In this document: in pieces, positions 40,891-57,009 of the stretch
How positions within the stretch are numbered: position 1 is the stretch's first letter
Layout of the letters: the number at the start of each line of letters is the position of its first letter
From: Camelus ferus
Lineage: Eukaryota
Direction: 5' to 3'
Length of the DNA stretch: 64,000 nt
Assembly: GCF_009834535.1 (NCBI RefSeq)
Contig: NC_045696.1
Coordinates: 89,096,001 to 89,160,000 of the forward strand
Notes under the pieces: generated by a model
Seen by the model: only the letters and a program-made list of their open reading frames with translations
Database searches by the model: none
What the model was told of the DNA's origin: nothing
Translations under genes and position numbers: made by a program

Positions 40891-43650
40891 GTTGACTTCT
40901 CAACTATCCAGAAAACTCAAGTAACCACTATAAAACTTTCAAGAGTTGTGAATAAGGATTTTATTTTCATTTTGTGCTTCTATTAACAGCATTGTGTGGT
41001 TATAGCTTAATCATTTAATGGAAAATTGGGAATAGAGAATGTATGCATCTTACTCACCACTGTAGACTCAGTACCTAGCAAAGTGCCCAGCATGTAGTAG
41101 GTACTTCAGAAATAAATTTATAAATAAATAGATAGATAGGTAGGTAGATAGATAGATATTTTTGGATGAATAAATGAAATGAAAAACATGAAATGTAGTC
41201 TTGGTAAGCTAAAACTCAGTAATATACAACAAAAAGTTATCCAACTTAATTAACAATATCAATTGCTACAACTATATATTAAAAATTGCCACTCACTTGT
41301 GTGTAAATCTGTTACTAATCAGAATTTGCAACTTAGAATACAGCCAAGCCTGGAGTAATGAAATGGGAGAAGCAAAGGAGAGAGGGGATAAAGAAAGAAG
41401 CAGCTCAATTTTACATGAAAATTTTTTTCTTACTTGAAAGAGATGGAGGCTTTGGGAAAAGTCAAAAAGGCTACCAAGTTAAACCGTTGAGAAATAGGGA
41501 AGGAGCTATAGAATGTGAGGAAATCACAGTCACTTAGTGCACATAGGATTTTGAATAATTAATTTTCATGGGGGTTGAAGAAAATAGAGAAGATCTCAGT
41601 TTAGGGTTTGTTTGAAGAAAGGTAAGGCTCTCAACTGCCCTAGATGAAGGATTTGTTCTACTGGTTTTAGTGACAAGGACGTAATGTTTGAATCTGTAGA
41701 ACTGGTATCATTATGTGTTACTTGCATTAGAAAGATTGCTTTTTAAAATATTTACCAGAATTTTAAAAGCTGTTACTTAATTTTTTGTCACTACTTTTCT
41801 CATACCAGTTAATATGTATCAAAATAATAAATTGCTTTTCTTCTGTTCTGTTTTAATGTTGCCTCCCCTCTCTTGTCAGGTCATTTATTAAGACACAAAA
41901 TATTTATTAAAGGAAGATACCAGGGAGCAGTAGTGGGAATGAGGTAGTGCTGAGACCCATCATACCAAAATATATTTCATTAAATTAAAAAAACTACAAG
42001 TATTTTAAATAATAACAACTATTATTTATTAAGCACAATTACTTATTAAGCACTATTATACTATCTTTTATGTTCATGATCTAATTTACTCTGTGTTGTT
42101 GTTCTTATTGTTGTTGTTGTTATTATTATTATTATTCTCATTTTACAGAATAAAGAAACTAAAGGACACAGAGTAATTAAGTAACTCACCCTAGGTCAAA
42201 TTACCAGCTGGGATTTGAATCCAGGTTCTTAATGACTGTTGCCCCTTTTTTGGTAATAAAAATATTATTTTTAAAACAAACATGCAAGCAATACACTGGT
42301 TTATATGAAAAGTTCCAGACAGAGAAAATCGTCTATACACAGTCAATTATTAAATTTTCATTTGATTTTTCAAATAGTTGTATGGAAAATTCTCTTGTTC
42401 TGTTCAACATTGTGGTTTAGGTAGTTTATATTTCCCTGGCATGTATATATATCTCAGTCCTCAGAAATCTCAGATATTTCGTAAGAAGATATAAAAAAAC
42501 TTTGCACTCACTATTCTTATAAGCTCTCTTGACAAAGAATGAAGGTTAATTCTATGACTGCATAAATGAAGCATGCTGTGATATTTTTTCTGAAGCACGG
42601 AAGTACATAGGTTTATCATACCTGTGAACCCCAGACTTACTAATTATTAGGAGCGATTTATTCATGTTTGACTTTATGCATGCATTTACTTATTGAAATG
42701 GGTATCAGGCTCTGCCTTTTCCAAGATGAATTCCCACCAGTGTGCCTACTTACTGCAACCTTTTCCTTCCTCCATCTCCTAGATCTGAATATCAGACTTA
42801 ATCTGATTTAAGGAATTGGTTCTATGAAAGTAATTGAGAGAAGTTCAGAATATATAGGAATAATAAAACATTTTAAACTGAAACACCTTTGATTATTTGG
42901 GGATGGATTTTTCAGTTTGTAAGTGTTCTCTTCACTCATTTCCTATCTTTGAATTATATTATACCATAAAAACATAAGAATTATTTATTCATTCATTCAT
43001 CCATTTGTTCAATAAACATGGGACATAGCTTACTTTTATTTAGTGTTTTACAGTTTACAGAATGTTTCCCAGAAATCTACATTCAGCTCAACAATAACAT
43101 TGCGTGACCTATAGGAAATATGATCATGTTCATCATGTTATTGTTATTATAGTTTTTATTTGCTCAGTATCTGCTGTGTAATAGGCAGTTAGCTAGACAC
43201 TTTAGGTAAGTCATCATTATCTCCATCTTACAAATAAGGAAACTGTTGTTTAGGTTAAGTTTATTAAGATCATATGGCCGACAGGTGGTGAAAACAGATT
43301 TCTAATCCTGGTCTGTCCAGCCAAAAATCCATCCTCTTTTCACTATGCTGTGCTGCTACTATTTTTCAAATGAGAAACATTAGATGACTTGCCCAAATCA
43401 CAGAGCTAATAAGTGGCAGAACTTGAACTTATGATTCCTCAATTTACATATTGTGCTTCCTAGAATAAACGTTTATTGAGTACTTACTATGTGCTGGGTG
43501 CTGGGGATGCAATCTGCTTTCTAGTCAGGGATACAGATGTGTAAGTGAGTAATTTCAGAACAATGCACCAAGTGCCGTAATAGAAACACATACAGCATTA
43601 CTGTGAAACTGAGGACACTTTATTTAAAATAGTACCAATCTGCTTATTAA

Positions 43651-43779
<129 letters not shown>

Positions 43780-45631
43780 TAATTTGTTTATCATGTTTGA
43801 CTATTGGATTTAGGGTTAAAATATTTCAAATTGCAGTAAAGCACTCTTTAAAGCATGCCATTTGCAGAATGGTACATCAGTCATTTGGAATCAATCTGTT
43901 TGTACTATGTATTTTAAAAGGAAAAAAAGGGTAAGCTCTTAGGTCAGTGATACTGAAACTTTTTTGTCTCAGAATTTTACATTCTTAAAAAGTCAATTGA
44001 GGTTATATGTGGGTTATATATATATTGGCATTTACTGTACTAGTAATTAAAATTGAGAAATTTAGAAGGTGTTAATTTATTTAAAAATGATAATAATAAA
44101 CTTATTACAAGTAAACATCAGAGGAATGACATGAGAGAATAAGAGTGAAACAGGCAAATTACTGTGAAATAGTTTTTACCTCATTGTCCCCCTATTTTCT
44201 ATTCTGTTTTGTTTTTAAATATTAGTTGAAATTCATCGATTTTTATGAGCCACTACTAAGCTGTGACCTAAAGTTTAAAAAATAATATCCTCTACCAAGA
44301 CCTTCATGTATACAGGACTAAGAAACTGCAAGTCAGTTAACTGGAGTAAAGTAGGAATAGCTATTACTCAGGAATCCACACTTCTCCATGAAAGTTATCA
44401 GTCAGTCTGTCAAGTACAGTGACACCCTGCTGAATCAGAGGTCAGAGTTAGAAAGCTACAGCTCAGTAAAACCAGGAATAAAGTATGAAAATATAATTGG
44501 CAATTACCTAAAATAGTTACCCATGAAATCTTTGCACTAGAACCATGTACTCTTTATTCCTCTTCCCTTTACTCACCACCTAGGCAGCTCTTAATAGTGT
44601 TATTATCAGGTTTTCTAGCCCATAGCCTTTTATAAATAGCAAACCAGAAGAGGAATGCTGGTGAGCTGTTAAAGACTGGCACAATGACAGGAAGAAAAGT
44701 GACCACCTGGCAAGGGAGCATAGAGAAAACTGAAAGCACAGAACTGTGTAGCTGAGTAGCATAATTATTCTGATGCACCAGGGGATTCTCGTGAGTATCA
44801 AAGCTGTCAGTTAAACAGTTACTGAAGAGTAGGATCATCTGCTGATGATCTTGAGTGGTCAAGAAAATAATTGTGTCAAATTTTCTATCAGCCATGTATT
44901 GAAATTGAAATATGTGATTTATTTAGTTATATAATAAAATTTTAAAACAAAGACATTTTTGCCACTTGAAAGGTAAGATGCCAGCTACCTACAAATTCTT
45001 TTTACTTGAACAGTTCCAAATAAATTTATTTCTTTATACATTATTTGTAAATATATTTATTGAGTATGCTCTCACTGATGGTTACTGTATTATTTTAAAG
45101 TCAGAGCATCTTATTTTAATAAATGCTAGCTCTAATGTCAATGTTTGAGTCATTTTCACTTTTTAGGACTTTACACAATATCTAATCTTTAATTATCCTT
45201 AGCATAATCTTTAATTGTAAAATATATATTAATACTAATTCATGAAACAAATAGAGTCTGGCATTAAAACTACCGAATTGTAAATTACAATGTTTTCTTA
45301 TTGCCTTTGTATAGAGATGCTTCTTTAGGTAGGAAATGAATTGCAAGTATAATATAAAAGGAGATGAAACTTGAGTTTATAGGGTAGTGATTATGGGCAT
45401 TTTCAGTTTTCTTCTACCTCCATCAAAAAACAAAAACCTAGAAAACAAACCAAAACAACCAATGTTGACTTTTCAGGTTGTTTTTATATTTCATTCTTTG
45501 TATATCTATGTTTTATTATTGTTTTAATTGTAAGATGTAGATTTTTCCAAAGCATGAACTATCTTCTAATATAAAAATGAAAATAGAGTAAATTCCTATT
45601 TGAGAATATATTTTTATTCTTTATTTTTTAG

Positions 45632-45795
45632 ACATTTTCTACTTGTAGATGGTGGTGGTATCTATTTATATTCTTATGAAGGGCGCTTTATTTCTTCTCC
45701 AAAATTTCCCGGAATGAGAACAGATATTCTAAATGCACAGACTGTCTCTTTGAGTAATGATACCATAGCAATAAAAGACAAAGCTGATGAAAAAA
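45632..45795 (+). CDS. IFT80: IFT80 exon 12, 164 nt, phase 2-1
   Basis: ttttttag| ... AAA|gtaagt; (R)[54 protein letters not shown](I); contained in ORF 45600..45836. Confidence 0.97.
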
Positions 45796-46409
45796 GTAAG
45801 TGCATTTTTATAATTTTCCATGTCACATTTCCATGAAATTTTTTAACACTGTAAAATTTTCATCAACTTTCATTTTCTCATCTATTATTATGTTAACTTT
45901 ATATGAAAGAATTACAAGCTTCTTAATTTGTCCTAAGAGTGGGTTAATTAAAGAACTAAAGTTATGTTATACATAATTGATGGAACAAATAGGTATTGTC
46001 ACAACATCAAAGCTTAGTGGTAAGGAACAAATCTATATGTTCTGTTGGTAGAGAGTTTGAATTCAAGATTGTGAGTCCTAAAACTTTATATTAATTTTTA
46101 AGTTTATTGATCTTTTTTAATATTTAATTTTTCTTCATTTGGTAACAGTAAATATTGTACTTCATTGTACTATTTATTTTGCTTATATATACTTATATAC
46201 ATTTTATATTTATATATTTTTAAATTAATAAAGTGGAAGAAAGTTATGAATAATTTTAAATTTTCATATAAAAATCTACACTACATTAATATTTATAAAT
46301 AAATGTAAGTATGTCAGGTGTTTTGGAATTTCATAGTACAGTGAAACCATTTTATTAAGGCATTGCTTACAGTCATAGTTTACAATATAATCACAACATT
46401 TACCCAACA

Positions 46410-47120
46410 ACGAGTATTGAGTTCTTACTCTGTGCCAAGTACTTTCCTAAAAGTTGGGGATACAACAGTGCACAACGCAGACAAATAAAGAAACAAATGT
46501 AAATAGTCAGCTAATGATAAGTGCTGTGAAGGAAATTAATGCAGGATGAAGGAATAGAGAATTCTGGAGGTGGGCAGTGAGATGACTATAAGGCAAGCAA
46601 GTACAAGGTGGGGATGATCGGCATGTAAAAGGAACTGCCAGAAAGTCATGGGACCAGGTCAGCATGAAGGAGGCAGAGAGTGGTAGGAGAGGACAGAGAG
46701 GTAGATGACTAGGAGCCGGATCATGTAAAGACTTGGCCGTGGTAAAGATGCTGGCATGAGAGAGGAGGCAGGCGTATTATCCTAGGTTTTTAATCTCAGA
46801 TGAATGAGACGAAAGATGGGGAAGGAGAAAGTTTAGATGGGGCTCACAAACCAAGAATTCTGTTTCAGTAAATTTAAATGCTTCATAGACATCCAAACAG
46901 GCATGGAGAGTCAACAGTAGGATAAGCAAGTCCAGGGCCCAGGAAGAGCTGAGGATGAGATATAAATTTGGGGGCTCTTGATGTGTAGATGGTGCCATGA
47001 CACTGACTAAAGCCACATAGAAAGTGAGTGTGCACAGTGACTGAGCACATCAATATTTAGAGATGGGTAAGAGGAGAAGAAGCCAGTGAGGTAAAGGTGA
47101 GAGTGAGCTATCCCTAAAGC
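46410..47120. mobile_element. L2 LINE relic
   Basis: gtattgagttcttactctgtgccaagtact...gggatacaacagtg; agacatccaaac...gatataaatttgggg. Confidence 0.65.
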
Positions 47121-49589
47121 CTACTGAAAAGTACTAAATAATTGTTTTTCTCTGTTAATACATATTGCTTAACATTGTTCACTAATTACTGCAATACGTT
47201 ACAAACAAAAAAGAAATCTGACCTGTTAATTTTGTTACTTCAGGCCATGGGAGACCTAATTTAGGAGCTAGAAAACTGTCCCACTTTTAAATTTTCAGTA
47301 CTTTCAGATGGCATCACCTCTCATACCAGTAGGAAAAATAATTCTCCGAAATAGAGCTATTCTCTGTCTTTAGACCTTAGACTATCTCTGAGAAAGGACA
47401 TTTGGTAATTGTTTTGTTTTTAAAGGACTTCTCTTCTGGCTGAAAAAGAGGGAAAGAGAATGAAAAGAAATAAAATCTAGATACTATCTAGATAGCAGAC
47501 AGATTTAAGGTGGCTGGGTAATTTTTAATAATAATAATTTAGAAGTCAGATTTTTGTTTTCAGTAAACTTTAATTTGAAAATCCCAGTGGTCATTATGAG
47601 ATTTCTATACTTTTCTGATTCAGCACCACATATTTTAGATATAAGCTATAATAAAGTGTGTTTCCAACTGAACAGACTTATTCTGAGTTTTTCTATAGTT
47701 AATTCACATCTGAAACATTTCATTATTCTTTAATACATTGATAATTCATAGAATTTTAGAGCTAGAGAAATTTATGAACATTTTCAGAAATATGGATTTA
47801 TCTGCCAGTAAAATATGTTTTACTTATATAAACTTTGATTGTTGAACAAAATAATCATGCAATTCTGTTTTGCTGTAAACAGAAAATTAAACAGACTAAA
47901 ATAAAATTATTGTAGAACTGATAAAATGAGAAGGAAAATATTTTCCTGTGTTTCTTTTTAAAGAAAGTAGTATTCATTGAAGGCCAAATAGAGGTGTATG
48001 CTAATAATAGAAAACACAATTGAAGTACTTGGAATCTTTAACCTGTAAAATTTCCTTTCAAGGGGCCATCCGCATATGAAATCAGTGATTCCTTCCTAAC
48101 TTGAGAGCTCCTTAACAGGCAGGATTCTTGTACCCAGCACAGTGCTTGTATAATAAGTGCTCAATAAATACCTGTTACATGACTTTGAATACCCCTTTTG
48201 GGGGATTGATTAGGTAGTAGATGTACTGCTTTTGACTTCCTTATTCTCCCAAGCCACCTTGCACAAATACACTGTGATGTTAGTGCAGGAGATTGTTTTA
48301 AACAAATGTCTAAAGGAAGGGGGAGGAGAAGTTAGAGAGCAGTTACGTATGTTTAGAAGAAACTCTTTCAGCTCCCAGCTCCTTAGGTGTTCTTTCTGCC
48401 AGTTTCTGTTACATATTAAAATTAAAAGCTGGGTCCAGAGATGGAAATAGATGAGTTCATCCATATACCTGCAGCTCTTTGCAATATGTGCAGTCAACAA
48501 ACAAAAGGATGGAAAGCTTTTTTTTTAAAAAAAAAAGTTATTAGTTTGTATAGCTATGAAAATAACTGAGTTTAGTCATGCCCAAAGCATTTTTTTAAAA
48601 AGTGAAAGCCAAATTTTTCTAATTTTTGTTTCTATACTTAGTTAAAAATTATGTTACAGTATTTTTCTTTTTCATTTTTCTTGGCAATTTTAGAACATAA
48701 CTTATTGTAAACACATGATTTCCTCTGTGAATATAGCCAGTGACCTCAAACGTAACATCCTAAGGTTTACTAACAGCTACAAATCAGTATACTACAAGTG
48801 TGATCGTCTGGAATTTAAATATCATGTAATATGTATTTTAGCATTTTTATGATCTGTATAAATTGTCCAGTTTTTTGGTTGACTACTTGTACCACTTGTC
48901 CTTTTCATTTTTTGTCATTCTATGTGTGTGTTCAGTCATATAGAATTACTCCGTTTGGGATGAATCTTGAGCTCGAGTAATTTGGGAATTATTTATAAAG
49001 AATGACCAAAGCACCAATAGTCTTTTTAAAAGAGTGAAGAACAGCTGCCAGTACTGCTGTCATCTATGAGATTAGGAGAAGCCTTTGGTGAAACAGAGAA
49101 AGGGGCAGAGACAGCTTTTTTCCTGGCTTCTTCAATACAATATCTCTCATAATTTTTACAGCTTGGCCTACTCAGAGCATCTGAGAAATGTGGGGTTGGA
49201 AATGGAGAACTTTGAATTATCATTTTTTTAGATAATGATTGATGTCATGAAAATAATCCAGGAAAGTATGTAGTGTAAAAAGGTGACCTAAAACAAAACC
49301 TTACAAATAAGGATTACCAAATAAGGAGGAACAAGCAAAAGAGAATGAAGGATGGTCCAAAATAGGAGAGAATCGGAGAAAACAATGTTATGTGTAGCCC
49401 ACATAAGAATTTCAAGAAAGAGGATGGTCAGGAGCATCCAGTGTTGCTGGGAGGTGAAGACTAAACGTAGATTCTTGAAGACTAAAAATAGACTGATTTG
49501 GCGGCATAGGGGTCGTTGGTAATCCTATGCAAGGGCCTTTGCATCGGTGTAATGAGGTCGAACATCACGTTGTAGTAGGCTGAAGAGTG

Positions 49590-49840
49590 GCTACATGATT
49601 GAACTCAATTTCCAGCCCCCCTCCCATTTCCAGAGGTCAGGGAGCTGAAAGTCCAAACTCTCTAATCACATGACTGGTCTTTCTGGTGACCAGCCCCCAT
49701 TCTGAAGCCATCTAGGGAATCACCAAAAGTCTCTCCATTAGCATAACAGAGACACTCCTATCACTCAGGAAATTCCAAGGATTGTTGAAGACCCCGTCAA
49801 GAACCCAGGACAAAGGCTAGACAAATTGTTTATTACACAG
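49590..49840. mobile_element. MER21-like LTR fragment
   Basis: gattgaactcaatttccagcccc...ctgaaagtccaaactctctaatcacatg...tctggtgaccagccccc...cactcaggaaattccaagg. Confidence 0.65.
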
Positions 49841-50277
49841 TAGTGTACTGACCACAGGGAGCTAAAGAGTACATAACACATCGCCTGGTATTATAATGGG
49901 CACTTGACACGTTTTTCCTTTGTGAAATGATTGTCTGTGATGTCTGTGATGTTGGTCTAAATCAGAGTTAGGAAAATTACAAACTACAATTTGGACTTGC
50001 CATTGTTGATCCTATGGCATGTTGATGCCATACTATTAATAGCAATTCTAATTAGGAATTTATGTTTGTGGAAGGTGTATTCAGTTCCATTGTTTTCTTA
50101 AGAAATATGACCCCATTACTAAGTAGGAACCTGACTCAGCTTCTCTTCTGTGCTGATAGATAGTCTGTGGTCCAAAGAGTTAAATAATTTCTCATTAGGA
50201 TTATGATAATTCCATTGAAATTTACCAATAAAAATTTTAAAGTAACACATTAACTAATGCTTTACTTTTTGTTCAAG

Positions 50278-50342
50278 TAATCTTCCTCTTTGAGACATCA
50301 ACTGGAAAACCATTGGGAGACGGGAAGCTTCTTTCTCATAAG
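50278..50342 (+). CDS. IFT80: IFT80 exon 13, 65 nt, phase 1-0
   Basis: tttttgttcaag| (AAG acceptor) ... AAG|gtaata; (I)[21 protein letters not shown]. Confidence 0.95.
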
Positions 50343-50934
50343 GTAATACATTAGCTATTTTTAATATAAGTAGCCATATACTTCTTTTTAAAAATTAATA
50401 TTTTCATGTTAAGGAGGAAAACATGAAAATTAGTTTGATATTTAAAGCCAGTGTGCATTCTATATAGAGTATTTTGCCTAAAAATGTCATAAAAACTAAG
50501 CACTAGTAAACTCTATAATAGAAAACTATATATGCAAATTAATTGAATAAAAGAATCTGACTTCTATGTTTTTTTACTCAGGCTCTTTACTGCTTTTCAA
50601 TAAAATATTCTATCTTGACTAAACTTTTAGCACCTATCAGTATCAGTAAATAAAAATGTGTTTATACTTCTAAACAGCTTGCAGTTTGGCCACTGACCTG
50701 TTCTTAGGTTTTAAGACTGTAGTTAAGCTGAAAAAAAAAAAAAAAGGTTTCTATAGAAATACAAAAGGACCCCAAATTGTGAATTGTTTATTGGTTTCTG
50801 ATTTTTAGCCTTAAAATAAACAGATAAGCACATTTTATTAAATTAGCATTCTAACAAGTGATGTATTATGGTCTAAAGATACTTTTAACTTTATTGTTCA
50901 GAGCTATGAGTGAAGTGTTACTTTATATTTTATT

Positions 50935-51600
50935 TACTTCTTTTTGTAATTATTAATTTTAATGTTGAGTAACAAATACATTCATATGGTTCAGAAATCT
51001 TAAAAAGCATTAAAAAACATACAGTGAAAAAGTCTCTCTGCTATATCTGTTTCTCGTCAGTACAGTGTTTTTCCACCAAATAAGTAACCACCATCATTAA
51101 TCTCCCTATATCATTCCAGAGATTTTTAGAGCATACATAGATAAAACTGATATATATAATTTTCTCCCTCTTTTACAAAAATATAATATACAAACGTGCA
51201 CTTTGCTTTTCTCACATAGTGCTCTATTTTTGGAGATTTTTCCATATCAATACATAAAGTGCTTTCCCAATCCTTTTTTTTCCCACCATATAGTATAACA
51301 TTTTATAGACGTATCAGAATTTGTTTAACTCGTGCCCACATGATGGACATTAAGTTGTTTATAGTCTCTATAGACATTACATTGTTTATAGCTATTACAG
51401 TGTTGCCAAGATGACTTACCTTTGCATATATATCTTCTTGCATATGTGTTAGTGTATCTGTAGCATAAATTCTTGAAATGTTGTTGCTGGGTCAAAGGAT
51501 TTGAGCATTTGTAATTTTAATAAGTATTGTCAAGTTATCTTACCAAGAAGCTGTATCAGTTTATGTTCCCACTGGTACTACATCAGATGCCTATTTCCCT
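50935..51600 (-). mobile_element. Old L1ME-like 3' fragment
   Basis: gatggacattaagttgttt...gttgctgggtcaaagg...atttgtaattttaataag. Confidence 0.6.
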
Positions 51601-53376
51601 CCAAGATATTCATTAAAAATCAAGGCTATGTAAGCAGAACTTTTCCTTTTCAGTAGGATTAAGCATATAGAAAGGGAGTGAATTTCTCAGCTTTTCAAGG
51701 TGCAGTAATAGGATTGAAATGAGAGTCATTTAAGAAGATTTAATAAATATTTATTTTATGTGATAATTCTGTTTCCAGATCACCTTTCCTAAGTGTAAGA
51801 AATTTACAATTTCAGTGTTTGTAAGAATGGAGGAGACTTCCTCATCTCATACTTTACTCGATTACACGGGAAATTTTTACCTCTTTCCCTTGTATATAAT
51901 ACAAAGAATTTTAAAACTTGGCATTTTATAGCATAATAGAAAAGTTCCTTCAATCTATTTTCTTTTCTATATGAAGATACTAAAATCTGAGATCTTCCCA
52001 AATGAATAACAGAGCCAAAACTAGAACTCAAGTTTGTCTTTTATAAATGAATGTTAGTGTAGGGCAAGGGAGAAAGTTCAAATGAACATGAAGCTGCTTA
52101 TGTCCTGTTGCAGTGAGTAGTGACCCAGGAGGAACAGGACAACTTGAACGTAGTAGGATGGGACCAAGGGAGATCCGGGAGCCCTGCTGAATCAGGAGCG
52201 AATGAGAAGGAGGAAACTTCTCCCTACTATCTGTACATAAAAGACATTATCATTACTGTCCATCTTTGATTTTGTATTTCTTAGAGACGAGAATTATATC
52301 TTTTTAACAGTTTTTAAAAATATAAACTAGGTACTTTTGATGGTAATGGATAAGCAATTCTTTGTTGTAAAGAGCAGTTTCTCTGAAAGGTTTCCATTTT
52401 GAAAATGCCTAGGGTTTTATTTCACCCATATCTTGATGTACATAGAACAAAATTATTTTTTCTTAAAATACAAATTACAGTATTCCAAGGAAGAGAAGAA
52501 TTTTTGTGAAAAGGTATTATGAACTAGTATATGGCTTATCTTGATCCATCAACTTATATAAGGGTATATGTCTGTTTTGTTCCGTTTTTAAAGGTGTTAT
52601 AATAGATGCAATAACTCGGTGGTGTGTCACAATTCTGAATTCACAGATCCTAGCAAGTCTTTAGACATAGTAAGCAGTAAATAAATTCCTCTTGGTCTGA
52701 GTTGAAATAAATTCATACTGAACCATTTCCAAGTTATAAGGAGATGGGTTTCACTAGGTAGTATAACAGTAGAATAGATTAATACAGTATGCCAGAAATA
52801 CTTTGTTATTGTGGACAGAGCACTAATCTTGCAGTCAGAAGTCTGGGTTTTAAATTCTAGATATGCTTATTACCAGCTTTTTCTGAGCAAAATCGCTTAC
52901 TGTCTATGGATCTCCATCTTCTCATCCAGAAACCAAGTATAATACCTACATCTCAAATTCTTTCCTATTTCATAGGAAGTGAATGTGAAAGAATCTATAA
53001 AATTTAAAGCTCTAAAAACAAGATGTTTTTACAAATCTACTCTTACGAATCTTTAAAATAGAGTCAATCCACTTAGAGTAAATTTTGGTGTGAGGAATTT
53101 ATTAATCAAAGTAGACTTCTCATGTGACCCAGACTTGCCTCACCCTTTCACTCTGTCTTCTAAAGATAGGACAGGAGGACAACTGAAGGTATGTCTCAGC
53201 TTACAGAGTTTCAAAATATACATTATTTTATAGTGTTTTAATGGGCATCTTTCCCTTGCAAATTAAAAAAAAAACTACACTTTAGCTTTTGAATTATTAG
53301 TATGAGTAATAATTTTAAATTTAAAACAGGAATATTTTATCATTATAAGTAGATGAGTGATATATAATTGATCTTT

Positions 53377-53503
53377 CTAAAGAATTTTCGGTGGGGCATA
53401 ATTAGGTTTATTTATTTATTTGTTAATGGAGGCACTGGGGATTGAATCGAGGACCTCGTACATGTTAAGCATGCACTCTACCACTGAGCTATACCCTGTC
53501 CCT
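53377..53503 (-). mobile_element. tRNA-derived SINE (longer vic-1-like variant) with a 14-bp TSD
   Basis: TSD tataattgatcttt at 53363-53376 and 53504-53517; ggcactggggattgaatcgaggacctcgtacatgttaagcatgcactctaccactgagctataccc. Confidence 0.9.
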
Positions 53504-53609
53504 TATAATTGATCTTTAAATAAACAAATGTTCTTGTAATTAAACAATTAAAATGATCTAATGTCAAGCACTAAAACTAATCCAGTATTTTCATTTTTTT
53601 AAATTTTAG

Positions 53610-53745
53610 AATGAAATTTTGGAAATTGCTCTGGATCAAAAGGGACTTACCAATGATAGGAAAATTGCTTTCATTGATAAAAATAGAGATCTCTATATTA
53701 CTTCAGTGAAACGATTTGGGAAGGAAGAACAAATTGTCAAACTTG
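53610..53745 (+). CDS. IFT80: IFT80 exon 14, 136 nt, phase 0-1
   Basis: aaattttag| ... TTG|gtaaaa; [45 protein letters not shown](G). Confidence 0.97.
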
Positions 53746-54155
53746 GTAAAATAATTGTAATATATTTAAAATTTTGATTACTTTCAATTTTCTTAACTCT
53801 ACTCTTTCATATATTATACTAAATAGCTTACTTGCTTGAATGAATCTATGAATAATGCTTTGGTCTCTTAACATTTCTTACCTACTTAACTGCCATTGCA
53901 ATAGCAAGTCTGTAGCTGCTAAAGCTAACTTGACAGTGAAAGAAAGACTTGTGAATTAAAAATATAATAGTTCTGGGTAAAATGTTCAAATATTTTTATG
54001 TGAATTTTTACACATGTTTTCACCACTATATAATAGGAAAATAGTCATACCTACCAGCAGTTAGTTGGGGTCTTGTATATCACCTGATTTTAAAGGTATA
54101 TTTTTAATACTTATTTAGTGGAACTAATAGTACATTAATATTCTTTTTAAAATAA

Positions 54156-54305
<150 letters not shown>

Positions 54306-55161
54306 TAACATTTTACTGCATAGGGTTGTTTATTGTGGTAAATAAAATTAATGGTGTCGTGTCTTTGCCTCTAATTTCAGTCCTGCAGTGTATCTTTCAC
54401 TTTACTTTGTCAACTAAATAAAATGTTCAGCTAAAGAGCTAGTTTGATGAGATTTAAGTGATGGAATCAAGTTGAAAGTGTCATATAATATTATTAAATT
54501 TATTTGTTTATTCCTTATATGAATATGATTTTCCTTATGTGAAAATAATTTTCAATCTTACTGTTGTTTAATGGTAACTCAGGTAGTTTTTTTTCAATGT
54601 GGTTTAGTGATTTTTATATAGGCACTCAAGATTTTTCTGTGATACACAACTTGGTGACAATATTTACTGTGTCCCAGATTATCATTTACATTGAGACTTT
54701 CAGGAATATATATCTCTCTAGAATTGAATTTTTAGGTTAATATTAAATATAAAAAAAGTATATATAAGGTTACTGAAAAGTTTTTTTTATGTTATATGCT
54801 TCAGAAAATCAAATGCATTTATAGTCCTAAATTCTCTAAGAAACAGCAAGGAGATCTCTCACTCTTGACAACCTAGGAATACCAAGATTTCTCAATTCCA
54901 AATCTTAGCTTAAGTTTAAGATCTATTTTGAGTTCATTTTTTAATATTCAAGCCTGTAATGTTAGCAAAACTAGAGAGGCATCATGTAAAAATAATTTAA
55001 GCTAAAGAGGAGAAGTTAGTATCTTAAAGTTCACCTCTTGTTATTATGAGAAAATAATCTTGGAATCAGCTTAATTTTTGATGTTTACACTTTTGAAAGC
55101 TGAAGCTAAGTGCTTTAATTTTTTGTGTGATTTACCTTAAGACTTAGGGAAAAAAAGATAA

Positions 55162-55653
<492 letters not shown>

Positions 55654-56443
55654 TAATATGAGCTAAGGTGTAGAAAAATTGTAAATGGGATCACATCTTT
55701 TTTTTAATAGGTGAAGACATGAGTGATACAGCAAGATAGATGTTGCTGTGTGATTCATTCTCTGAAGAAGCTATAATTTAAGTGTGTAGTTTTTTTTTCT
55801 TAAAGTCAGATTTCCAAGTTCTTAACCCCAACATAGATTCTAATTTATTAGATCTGGGGTGAGGCCTGGACATATTTTTTAAGTTCCTCCAATGATTTGT
55901 ACAGCTAAGGTTAAGAACCTTTACTTTAGATCAGCATTTCCCAACTTGCTTGAATCCAGTGTTTTCCAAGTATATTTGACCAAAGAACTTTTTAGTTTTA
56001 TATTTGTTAGCATCCCTTCGGATACATTTTTGTGAAAGGACTTTTAGATGATTTTCCTTACTGCTCTGACAGCATTGTCGAGAACTTCACTATTTCTCTG
56101 GTTCTCTGTAAGTTGCATTTTTTGACATCTCATCAAAAAGACCGGAGGGCTTGTAACCTTGAGCTATCATAAAAGTATACGATAAGTTCAAACATAAACC
56201 TTTGATAATTAGAAATGAACAGTTTCAAAAATTTTTATTCAAAACAGATCTCTATGTGTTATTAATATATTTTAACAAAGTAGCTACAATTAAATTTTGC
56301 ATCATTTATTTATTAAATTATTGGGTTTTTCAGTGCCATACTGAGTAATTTTTAATTTTTTCATTAAAATATAACTTAAACTCACTGTTTATTTTAAGGC
56401 AGTTCAGCCATGTAGTTAAAATAATTGTTCTCATATTTCTCAG

Positions 56444-56533
56444 GAGCAAACCATGTGGGCTTGCCTAGCTGCCATGGCAGTTGCTAATCGAGATATGACT
56501 ACTGCAGAAATAGCCTACGCAGCAATTGGTGAA
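56444..56533 (+). CDS. IFT80: IFT80 exon 17, 90 nt, phase 0-0
   Basis: tttctcag| ... GAA|gtaaat; [30 protein letters not shown]. Confidence 0.97.
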
Positions 56534-56636
56534 GTAAATAATGTTTACTTATGTGTATATGTTTGTGTGTTTTTCTTATCATAATTTATTACATTGCTAT
56601 CACTATCCCCTACCAATATATTTTTCTTTTTTTTAG

Positions 56637-56810
<174 letters not shown>

Positions 56811-57009
56811 TAATAAATGTTTTTCATCAATTCCAAAACCTGATTGGTCTTAATGTATTCTTCTATCTACCACTTAGTAAATTACATTTTCTACTGTACT
56901 TAATAGTTTCCTAACATCATAGAAGAATTTATTCAAATTTATATTTATATTTGTGAGTAGTTTGTCATTAAAGATTTTTGCCTTTTCTGAATTGTGATTG
57001 ATTACAAGT